Positions 1 through 11,305 of a DNA stretch of 20,000 nt are shown here, in pieces; position 1 is the stretch's first letter, and each line of letters begins with the position of its first letter. The notes under the pieces are model-generated. The model was not told the DNA's origin. It was given only the letters and a program-made list of their open reading frames with translations, and ran no database searches. This DNA comes from Hydrurus foetidus. Lineage: Eukaryota. The stretch covers positions 53,627-73,626 of the forward strand of contig UYFQ01000659.1 in NCBI GenBank assembly GCA_900617105.1. The letters run 5' to 3'. Position numbers and translations under genes: made by a program.

Positions 1-14
1 GAATCAGCGTGTCA

Positions 15-256
15 GGCCGATTCTTATGCGCGTCGGATTTCACGAAAGTCGGAATCGGATTTCAAGGAAATTTCCGACCGACCCAAGGTTTTTCGATTTT
101 TCCGATTTTCGACCGAGTTGGAATCGGAAATTTCCCCTTATTTCCGATTCCAACTCGGTCGAAAATCGGAAAAATCGAAAAACCTTGGGTCAGTCGGAAA
201 TTTCCTTGAAATCCGATTCCGACTTTCGTGAAATCCGACTCCCATAAGGACCGGCC
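15..256. mobile_element. Foldback/MITE-like palindromic element in a VPS11 intron
   Basis: Arms 32-131 and 140-239 are reverse complements with one mismatch around an 8-nt loop (TTCCCCTT). The symmetry extends imperfectly to GGCC 15-18 / GGCC 253-256. The element is GC-richer than the intron, with internal TCGGA/TCCGA sub-repeats. Confidence 0.7.
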
Positions 257-383
257 TAACGCTAAAAGTGAAATTTACATTTGTTAATCAGATTGCATAG
301 AATTATTGTAAATGTGACTATAAAAAATAGATCAAAAAATAAGGTATAAAACTGTAAATTTAGTGTGACATAAACTCACTTAC

Positions 384-577
384 TTATTGTATGGAATATC
401 GCCGTCTAGAAGGGTCATTATTTTGTCCTCAATTATTAGCATATTAGATGCTGTTTCAGATTTAATTTCTTCAATTGAATCAACTGTTGTAATATCGTAA
501 TTATTACCAAAATTATAATTCTCGTTATTATCATTATTATCATCACTATGATCGTTAGTATTTTTGTGCTTATCATT

Positions 578-609
<32 letters not shown>

Positions 610-3600
610 CATCATTATTATTATTGTTTACATAGTTGTCATTAATACAAATAAATCCCGACTTATATAATTCACTATCATGATCAGTACTCAACTCATC
701 CAATTTTTCGAGGTAGAGTTCTAATGTAGTGTTTCCTAATTTTTCACTTCCTTTACTTCCCATTTTTTCTCCCACACTTTCCAGTAACAAAAGTAAGTGC
801 TCTTCATATCCCGAAAATAGTGCTAATATCTCAGTAATTGGTACGGGAGTACGTCCTTCTTTATTACGTAAGAGTTCCATTTCTTCTTGTTTTATCATTT
901 CTTTTTGTTTTTCTTTCTTTAATTCTCTTTCTTTTTCTTGTTCTCTTTTTTTTTCATTTTCACTTTCTTTTTTTTTATTTTCATTTTTTTCAATTGATAA
1001 AGAAGGTTTAGATAGAGGTAGAGAAAGAGGTGGTGAGAGAGGTAGAGAAAGAGGTAGAATGGATTGGTAATCGCCAGTGCAGAGTTTAATCAGTAGACCG
1101 ATTGTCGCATCGGGAGAATTGACTAATAGTTGTCTTCCGAAAAGTAAAAATAAATCTCGAAGTAGTTCCGCATTCTGTGGACAGGAATGAAATAATAATT
1201 AGATAAAAAATATTTAAGAATGTAACAAAGTTGTTATAAGAAATAAGTGGAAATAAGTTCAGATGAATAAAAATACATAAACATTCCGAAATTAAAATTT
1301 ACCTTGCAAGCTAAAACGGCAAAACTTTCATTTGTCAAATTTTCATGAATTTTAGAAAAAGAAGGAAGGGATAAGGTGGAAGAAGAGGAAGGAGGGGAAG
1401 AAGGAGGGAAACAGCCGGGAGTTAGGGGCCTTACGGCTAACCCGGCCAAATACGCTAAAGCTTCTTTGGACCTTGGGTTTGGAGATTCCATCTATTGTCG
1501 AGATAAAGAGATACAGATATGAGTTATTTTCATTTAACTTCGAGAAAATTAAAAGTGTAGCGTAGTGCATGATACGATAAGTTATCATACAAAATGATGT
1601 GGAGTATTTCTTCATTGTTAAGATGATAAGATAGAGTGTATATAAAGATATTAAGCCGTAGAAAATGTGTTTGGATTTGAGTAGGATGAGGAGATAGAGG
1701 AAAGGTGGAGGTGAAAATAGAGTGCAGCAAATGTATGATAGGCACATGTTTTTTTCTTCTTTTATGTGTTCACGAATATATAAAGTAGATGAATGAGTGA
1801 GAATGCTAAGTGTAGGATAGGGCGGTATTGTAAGTTGCAGTGTAGCATTTAATATGACAACATAGCGCGTGTGTACGTGCATCAGTACGTACGGTATAGT
1901 CCAATGTCGTAAGTACTTTATTTAGTATGTACAGTTTAGTATAAAACAGTATATTAACAAGAGAGATCAGATAAGATAGGATAAGATTAGATAAAGTAAG
2001 ATAAAATAAAATAGAACAGAATAGAATTGAATACGTCAGTGCTGTCTACGGAACGGTACCTGAATGCGTAAGTACGCGTGATGCAGTCCGTTACTACTGG
2101 CGAGTTTGAGCGAAAAATCTAAAATGGAATAGGATAAAAAAAATAAGAATGAAATTAAAAAGCTTTGACAATTTGTATTTTCAAAATACGGAAGTTCAAC
2201 CTTTTATAGGTTTCAAATTCGGACATAAGCATTATTTTTTTGTGCATCAATCGTTGGGTAAAGAAATGCATTTAAAAGTTGAAATAAAACATCCTCAATA
2301 TTAGGACAGCGAAAAGATTTTTGTTACTTTTAATCTTCACACGGATATCTTATATGTGTTTTAGTAAGATAAACATTTTCGTAATATACTATTTAATCAT
2401 ACGTATTTAGGTAGCACGTATGTTAGATGTACATATTTTACTGTTTTTTGATCAATACATATTCTACTATTCTTTTTTTCACTTACCAATATACCCGGCA
2501 GCCGCCAATAAGTTAGTGACACCTTCAATGTCTAAATCGACGACTCTCATACCAAAAGCATAAATGTTTTGATTCAAATTCTGATTTGCAATACTATTGT
2601 TAATATTGTTATTGTTATTGTTCACATTTTCTGTTTCATTATTTTTGATGTTGTTTTCATTGTTTGTGTTTTCTTTTTCGTTTTTTTCGATATCTAAATT
2701 TCCTATATCTTTTGTTATTTTATCTGCAAATACAGTGAACAGAAGTAAATAATGAGAAAAATCAGAATCGCTAAGTATAAGCTCTATCTGATCATTTCAT
2801 TGAAATCGTTGTGAAATTAACATTTTCTAATACAATCAAAATCAACGATTTAAAAAACCCAAAAAAACAATCATCACGAATATCGTCTAAAAATAAATTT
2901 TCTATTTATAGTCTGTATTATTTTATTTATTTCTTACCTGTTGAGCAAGCGGCGGAAACTAAAATAGAGAGTTTGTCAGCATTTTTAGTATTTACTAAAC
3001 AAGTAAATAGTAGAAATGTGTGATCTGCGCTTGCCAAGCCTATTAGAAATATTTTGATTAAATTATCATATTTATTTATTAGTTATATTCATTCTATAAT
3101 ATTTATCGTAATATTTTTAATATTATATATCATATCATGATAAATGATATCATATACATATCATATATAATTTATGTAATATATACAATATATATAATTC
3201 ATACAATACATATAGTATATCACATATCTTATGTGTAATGATTTCTAATGATTCGATATTGTATTAGACTCGTATAGCAGTGCTCTGAGTACCTTCAGTA
3301 CGTAAATTAAAAAAAAAAATTAAATGTCGATAGCAATCACCGACAAAAATTCAGAATGTAGTAAAGCATGCACAACGACTTCTTGAAAAAACAGCGGAAA
3401 AAAATAAGCGAAAAAAATAAATAGCACTTTATCCTATAACAATAACGACTAAAAATGAATTTTTAAAAAATGTATTTTTTTTTTAACTTCTTCCAACTCT
3501 TTTTTACCTTTTTCGAGTAGTTTGCTTAGATACATAATCAGGTTTTCGATTCTTTGAGGGTCCAGGAACTTTCTGATCTAAATCAAAAATGTTATAAATT

Positions 3601-6600
3601 GCACGAAAAAACACAGTAGAAGTAAGAAAATAGAAAAATGAGGAAGTATCTTAATTTCAACACAAATAACCGAAAATACAAATGAAAATTTGTAATATAC
3701 GTATCAATAATGAAAACAAATTCAAAAACAAAATCAAACAGTGAGGGCTGTCCCAGTGAAGTACAAATTACAAATTACAAATTACAAAACAGGAACTTAT
3801 CGATTTTCGTTTTTGTCAGGTACAGAACAGGGAGAAAAGACAAAATTCTCGCCGAATTTTGCTTTTTTTTTCTGTTTTGTACCCTGACAAAAACAAAAAT
3901 CGAAAGAGTATTTAAAATTGATTTTAAAATTGATTTCAAAATTAATAAACTCACCACATAACACGTTCGAACAAATCCAATGGTACAGCAGTACTGTGTA
4001 ACCGATCCTTCGTAGTCGGCTTTGTCGTACAAATAATCACCGTATAATTTGTATAGCCTCATTATCTGGGGATAATAATCACGATATTAGATGTTACTTC
4101 ATTTTTATATATACATGCAAAATAGAAAATAAAATGACAAAAATTCTTCACAGCGGTCATTTCAAAATACAAAAATATACAATCTTTCTGTTTTTAATAC
4201 AACAAGTTTCACAATGCGTAAGTACGGCATAGCACATAGCATGTACGTACAAAAAGAATGTTAGTGGAAAAAAAGAAACATGAGCGTACGGAATACAGAA
4301 TACAGAATACGAATATGTACGTACGGAATAAAAAATGTACGTGCCTGGTCGGGTCCGCTCTGTTCTTCTGCTGCAAGGGTTATGGCGAGGGGAAATGAAG
4401 GGACGCGTTTACACGTCAATAAAACCTTCAAAATAGGGGTATTTTAGTAAGATTGTTGAGAAGCGAAATAAGGGGGGATTAGGATTATTCTAGGGGTATT
4501 GTATGGGCAGATTATGAAATAGTAAAATTAGGGGATAATATGACGTGCTGTTTTCGTGAGTAAAATAAGTCGATTATTAACATTTCAATATTAGCCATGT
4601 AAGAAATGCGAACGAGACAACTTGATAAAAACGAAGCATGCGAGAATAAAAACTAAACAATGCTCAAGACAAATGGAAAATAAAAGTAAGAAAATAAGCC
4701 TATTATAAGGGATATTCAAGCATTTAAATTTCCCGCCTAATTACCTCTAATTTTTCAGCTGTACTTTTCTCAACAAATCGAAGAAGAGTTCCTGACCAAA
4801 TAGCAAGAAAGAAATACCAAACATTAGGAATTGTGCAGACCTTCGATTCAGAACGAACGTACAGTTTATATTCGAAACAAACCTAACTAAAACGCAGTGA
4901 CATACAGCTTAAGATAATTTATTACTATATCTATATACATCATTTAAAATCATAATATAACACAACACAACACATCACAACACATCACAACACAATACGA
5001 CACAACACAACACAACACAGCACAGCACAGCACAGCACAATACAACACAACACAGCACAATACAATAACACAACACAATACGACACAGCACAACACAATA
5101 CAACACAACACAACCCATCACAACACAACACCATTACATTACAACAATACAACACAACACACACAATATACACAACACACACATCACAACACAATATAAC
5201 ACAACACATACAACACACACAACACAACACAACACAACACATCACATCACATCACAACACAATATACACAACACACACAACACAACACGACACAACACAA
5301 CACATCACATCACAACACAACACTACACACAGCACAACACACACACACACACAACACAACACAACACATACACAACACAACAACACATCACAACACAATA
5401 CAATACAACACACACACAACACAACACAATACATCACAACACAATCACAACACACACAACACGACACAACACAACACAACACACACAACACAACAACACA
5501 TCACAACACAACACAACACAACACAATACATCACAACACAATACATCACACACACAATACAACACAATACACACAATACATACAATACAACAATACAACA
5601 CAACACAATACAACACAACACACACAATACAATACACAATACAACACAACACAATACAATACACACATACACAATACAACACAACACAGCACAATACATC
5701 ACAATACAATACAACACAAAACAGCACAACAAAACACAACTCAACTCAAAGCAACTTCAAAACAACTGAAAATAAATACACACAAAATTACACGGTACCT
5801 GCCGATGTAAGTACGTACACCATAACACCGTCTCGCATCGTACGTTCCACTGTATCACCCAGTGGTAGAGGAGTACTCATGACGATCAGTTTGTGCTGCA
5901 AGTCATACAGCGTAACGGTCGTACGTCTTCTGATAAAATATAGAAATTCAAAAAAGAAATTCGGTAGCGAATTATTTGTTTAAATAAAAGATTTAGTTGA
6001 AATATTTAATTTGAAAATTTGAATTGGGATTGATCGAGGCGGTATAAGGGTTGCGGTTTTATTTAAATTTGCTGCAATTTCGTTTTTTTTGCTGATAAAA
6101 AGACAATTGTCATACAAAATTGTGATTAGAAAAAGGAAGTAAATTAAATTAGCACAATTTCAATACATATATATATATAAATGCATACTGACGTATAGTA
6201 AAACACAAAATGCACCAATCAAAATAGAAAGATATGTCAAGCACAAATGAACATATTAGAACACAAATAAATAAGCACAACAATTTGCAAAATCAATTAA
6301 GTAACATTCACACATATAGAAAAAAAAATTGCGGAAAAGTTAAAAATAATTTGTAGGAAACAAAAAAGGATAAAAAGTCAAAAATCAAAAAGAAAAAAGA
6401 AAAGAAAAAAATACTCACCCGTTGTTTTTTGAATTTTTTTCTTCCAACCCAGCAACAAGAACATATTTCCCCACACAATTAATTCCTTGCTTTTGCCCTT
6501 CAAAACCCGCCGCACCTCCTCTGTCATCCACCTAAAATAAATAATATAAAATAATAAAATAAAAGAATAAAATGTACAAGTAAAATGTAAAAATGTAATA

Positions 6601-9600
6601 TAAAATATATATACTCTATAAAAAGTGATGCAATGCAATATTAAGTAAATTGATGTGATTTAATTTACTACCGCACATTCAAAAAATGTGCGATATAATA
6701 TTACATGAAAAAAATACATTTTTTAGTGTGAGAATATTAAACATGAAAACATGTAAACATGTGTATTTGTGTATGTACGTATATGTACATGCTTGCATGT
6801 ACGTAAGTTAGCGTTAACATATGTATGTATATATATACGACGTATGTACATACACATGTAAGTACGTACGTACCGAGTAGCTGAACACTCCTTCCGACCT
6901 TCCTACCAAAAGTTCACACGTCATTTTCATAACTGCGGAACATTCTTTGGAAGCCCCTCGTTCGTCAAGAACTACGGGCATTCTGTTAGGGTTGTACGTA
7001 CATACGCGCATGGGTTGGTGAGTGTGTGTATACATGTATGTATGTACGCATGTACGAATGCATATATGTATGTATATATGTATGTGCGTATGTATGTATG
7101 TATGTACGTACGTACATATGTTTGTTTGTATGAATGTATGTATGCACGAACGCATAACAAGGTAGTACAGGAATAAATAATGCAAAAAAGTATGAGAAAA
7201 GAGGAGAAAACACATTCCAGAACGAGAATCAGGGCTCATGATGATTAGTGAAGTCAAGGTTGGAAAAAAAGAAAGAGAAAAAAACAGATTTTTGCATTAA
7301 AAACGAAGATTTATTTACCTTCTATGCGTCATGAGAGAAAAAGAGGGAGAGAGAGAGGTAGAAGAGGTAGTGATAGAGGGAGTGGGAGGGGGTGTGATGA
7401 GTACACTGGTGTCGAATACAACCACACCGCCTTCAGGCTGATTAACATCTTTATTAATATCTAATTCTGAATTATTTATGTTAGTATTATTATTTGTTTT
7501 CATGATCGTTTGAATTTTTTTATCACTCTTATTATTTATTTTATTATCATTATTATCATTATTATCATTTTTATTATCATTATTATCGTTATTTTTCTCT
7601 ATTTTTTCGTTATTATCATTATCACCACTGTTTACTCCATCACTGTTATTGTCCATAACAACATACAATCGTAAAGTACGTTCTTTCTGCCGTACGGACA
7701 AAGGCAATAATTCACAAAAGTGTAAACCAGATACGGGGGAAGGGTGGCTCTTTTGCAACACCTGAAAATTAAAACCATAAATGCTAATTATGTAAACGCA
7801 AAAAATCTTCTGAAAGAATAATCGAATATTCGTTTTGAAATAATGGTAAAAATATCTTCGTGGTAACAAAAATAAACCATCAGTGAAAATCACGAAAATA
7901 CATCAATAATCGTTACTTCAGTAAACGTTCATTATGTCATACAATTTTTTGAATGTAGTGGCGAGCATAACAGAACGTTATCGAAGTAAAATAAAAATAC
8001 AAAATTGAACTTCAAAAAAGGGATCAATGATGGTTTTGATGAGAGTCACGAAAGGTATACACACAAATAAAAAATGTGATGTATATGTGACAATGTGTGT
8101 AACTAACACACTGTAGCTCACACACATTATGCATATACCAACTCAAAAACAAAGTAAAATAAAATAAATTAAATTAAATTAAATCAAATTAAATTAAACC
8201 AAATTAAGTTAAGTACTTACGTGTGGTACGGTCGGTTTCCCTTTTATTCCTCCTTCGTAGAAAACTCCGGTAAAAAGTAAAACTAAACCGGTGTTAAAGC
8301 CTACAGCGATCTGTCACATTATAGTACATTATAATGTCAATAAATATTGTACATTATAATGTCAAATGCATCATACATTATAATGTCACAACACATAACA
8401 ATGTCACAAACATTATAATGTTGATAAATGTTATTCAATACAGACTAAATATGAAAAAGATGCGTTTGATATTCAAATTAAAAAGTTGTCCATGTAATCA
8501 TAAATTTATTAAACAAGTAAGGCATATGAAATGTAGACTAACTAAATTAAATAGAAAGCATACTATTTGTATATGTAAAAACTGTTCTATTAATAAGAAA
8601 ATTAGCTGATGAATAATAATAAATAATTAGTAAATATTTTTGTCACCTGGCATCCGTCTGGAAGAACATCAAAAGCGGACAAAAACATGTCCATTTGATT
8701 TGACAGTTGTGTCAAGGGCGCTGAAGGGGGAAAAAAGAGAAGAAAAAAGTGAAGAAAAAAATAGTAAAATAAATATCATCGTTGCTGCAATGAGTTCTGA
8801 CACCAATGCAGAAAAATGACAAGAAGCGAAAAACAAAATACGACTGTTAGTCTTACTTAAAATACAAAATAAATTAGTTAAAATACATAATAAAAAGCAA
8901 TTCAAATTGATAACAGGGAAAAAAATTGTGGTTAGGAATATAAAGCGTATGCATATTTAAATCTCAACATTTTAGCAACGAAACAAAGAATAGAAAAGAG
9001 CGGTAGTTCATTGCCGAATTTCTAATGTTATCATAATTTATTTTTATTACGGTTGATTTATCTTACCGTGCACAGCCGGTGTAAGTACGGGAAATACACG
9101 TAGCGGACGTGTCGTATCAGCAACTTCAAATACCTGAAATAAAATAAAATAAAATAAGATAAAATAGGATAAGATAAGATAAGATAAAATAAAATAAAAT
9201 AGGATAAGATAAAATAAAATAAGATAAAATAAAAGAGAACAATACCATATGAAATGGTAGTCTTAAAGAAAGTAGGAATTTAGAAATTGTACAGTGAAGT
9301 TTGTGTCAGTTATGATACAGTTAATATCAGTACTATTATTATTATTAATTTTTTTTTCTTCCTCTCTTATTTTCTGATAGCATTCTAATGACGGAACTTT
9401 GGATGTATGAAGAAAAACTGATATGTATTAGTATTGCTTCGATTAAGAAAAAGAAAACGAACTTATTGGAAATATACACATACTTCTATATATACGTACA
9501 TGTATAAATACATACATACATACATACATACATACATACATACATACATGTATAATACTTTGTTTAATATCGAAGCAAGCAATCGTAGGATAATATTTCG

Positions 9601-9673
9601 ATGCTCGTGTTTTGTTGATGATTTGATCTGATTCACTGTATTGCTGAACCCAGACCACCGTAGCAAAAATAAC

Positions 9674-9729
<56 letters not shown>

Positions 9730-10538
9730 TTCTGGGAATCACATATCGTTTGTGTGATTTTGCTGCAATGGTCTGGGTCCAGCATAAAATCAAATCAAAT
9801 CAGATCATCATAAAAACACGAGTATTGAAATACCAGATTAGCTTACTTGCTTTGGTATCAAATTAAATATAAAAGTACAACAGGACACTACAGTGATTCA
9901 CTAAACCTCATATTTTAGCAGTGAAGAAGAATTCTTGTCGCCATGAAACGTTCTGCAGATCATTTTCAAAACTTATTTTCCAAACAATGTGATTCTTTTG
10001 ATTGTCACACTCATGATAACGTAAAAATCAGAATGGTTTTGCTAGTGTCTACTCATTCAAAAAACTCGACTGTTGAATCTGATGAATAATTATTGAGTGG
10101 TGTAGAGGCATGTGTGCTGATTCGTCAGTAATTGTTTCACGTTCCTAGCAATCTATAGAAATTGACAGGAACAACAGAACAGAAGTGGAGCACCTTTATC
10201 ACGAGATTGTCTGCTCTTAATCTTGTATTGGTTGTTGTCACAGCTGAGACCTCTCCATCATCACCGACAGCAATAATGTACTGCCTCTGTCTGTGTTGAG
10301 GATGATATATGTATGCCAGACCTTTGACCTCTCCACGAAATAGCTTGTGCTTCTTATCGCTCAGCTGAGTGCTCCGGTCTGAAATATAGACATTACCAAG
10401 AGAATCGCCGAATATCAGTGATCCACCTTCAGCAACAGCACATGTAACTCGTGTTCCCAACGCCTGCTCCACATTGTCCTCACACAGCTCCTTGTCAAAA
10501 AAGGAGAATCTCCGCCACTGTAATCGAGATGACGACAT
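384..10538 (-). CDS. VPS11: Vacuolar protein sorting 11 (HOPS/CORVET core subunit), multi-exon, 3'-partial (the remaining exons, including the expected RING domain, lie left of the window)
   Basis: Exons joined by hand with consistent phases: 10194-10538, 9067-9133, 8647-8720, 8221-8310, 7319-7761, 6874-6982, 6419-6531, 5799-5929, 4745-4791, 4345-4425, 3955-4065, 3508-3577, 2938-3039, 2487-2723, 2060-2118, 1303-1491, 384-1174 (3059 nt). The translation has VPS11 hallmarks: N-terminal QWRRFSFFD, IIAVGDD, QIAVGFNTGLVLLF, DDRGGAAGFEGQK, YDLQHKLI, EKSTAEKLE, YGDYLYDKADYEGSVTQYCCTIG..YVIRKFLDPQRIENLIMYL, ADHTFLLFTC. The last exon ends at a GTAAGT donor (383-378). Confidence 0.95.
3800..3903. repeat. 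Imperfect inverted repeat (hairpin) in VPS11 intron 11
   Basis: TCGATTTTCGTTTTTGTCAGGTACAGAACAG...CAAAATTC, loop TCGCC, GAATTTTG...CTGTTTTGTACCCTGACAAAAACAAAAATCGA. Confidence 0.8.
4958..5750. repeat. Degenerate (CACAA/TACAA)n satellite in VPS11 intron 8
   Basis: About 800 bp of CACAA/CAATA/CACAT pentamer variants. This is the source of the spurious Cys/Val-rich ORFs. Confidence 0.95.
7020..7146. repeat. Degenerate (TATG)n microsatellite
   Basis: TATG/TGTA units in VPS11 intron 5. Confidence 0.85.
8316..8421. repeat. Tandem copies of the palindromic 12-mer ACATTATAATGT
   Basis: Exact copies at 8326, 8351, 8375 and 8410, plus degenerate copies near 8316 and 8393. Confidence 0.85.
9137..9234. 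repeat. (ATAAA/ATAAG)n pentamer tract forming the pyrimidine-rich tract of the VPS11 exon 2 acceptor
   Basis: It directly abuts the CAG acceptor at 9134-9136 (minus strand). Confidence 0.9.
9676..9727. repeat. (AC)n microsatellite
   Basis: A perfect dinucleotide run in VPS11 intron 1. A (TACA)n run lies nearby at about 9505-9548. Confidence 0.97.
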
Positions 10539-11305
10539 CAGCAACAAAAATCTTTAGTCAGCTGCAGAAGACAGAAACCCTTGAGCAGCTGAGGACCCTT
10601 CACAACAGGTTCACTGTGTCAGCTGCAATTGTTGGTCAAATGTTTTCGTCGTAGATATGTGCTTTTGCTCACACTTCGTGCACAAGAAGTTTTGAGTTGA
10701 CAAATTTTCCGCAAACAGAAAACAGTGATTTTGACGAGGGTTTCACTTTGTGAGACGTACGTATTTTACCGGAAATGCTACCGTAACGTACAGTACCGAC
10801 ATTTTATCACATTTTAGAAACTGAACTGTTCATGAATTTTTTTCCCGCCAGATTTTGAATTATGTGAATGGATGTAAAATTGAATTTACAACTGCTTTTG
10901 TTAAACTACTGTTATCATGGTATGGTAATTATTCCATATCAATGTAATGAATCATTTAGTTATAGTAATTGCGATTACTGCACTGCAGTGGGGTGTAGTG
11001 GAAATTGCGATCGAAGTTTTTATTTCAGATAACAATTATTACACATGTTCTTACCATCACAATAACAATTGTAATCAATTATTATCAATAGCACACAACG
11101 CCAAATTAAAGTGAGAAATATTCGTGTACAGTAACTGTCAATTAAATTATAACGAATACTGTTATCGATTGTAATTACTTGTTATCATTAATAACGACAT
11201 CAATCAATTATGATTAATCTTTACTAACCATACCTTAATTACAGCAAAAAGTAAATTATAATTAATTTCTGTAATTTATAATTAATCAGCATCAAATATA
11301 TTGAA
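10539..11305 (-). promoter_or_regulatory. Intergenic spacer: WD40 3'UTR/terminator plus VPS11 promoter/5'UTR
   Basis: 767 bp between the WD40 stop and the VPS11 ATG (tandem genes). This is positional inference only and no specific site was identified. Confidence 0.5.

Noticed and set aside
9..247. Two short plus-strand ORFs
   Set aside because: They are by-products of the palindrome, with no recognisable protein features.
380..898. Stand-alone 172-aa ORF, or a VPS11 stop codon at 380-382
   Set aside because: It is part of exon 384-1174. The TAA overlaps a GTAAGT donor and the conserved VPS11 C-terminus is still missing.
4985..5744. Cys/Val-rich ORFs resembling metallothionein or keratin-associated proteins
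   Set aside because: They are translations of the (CACAA)n intronic satellite, open in several frames.
8326..8421. CRISPR-like repeat-spacer pattern
   Set aside because: The repeats are only 12 nt, the spacers are short and related to each other, the context is a eukaryotic intron, and there are no cas genes.
1909..9088. Hidden plus-strand spliced gene suggested by plus-strand GTAAGT motifs
   Set aside because: No coherent plus-strand exons or acceptors were found. The plus-strand ORFs (such as 729-1070) are antisense shadows of low-complexity exons.
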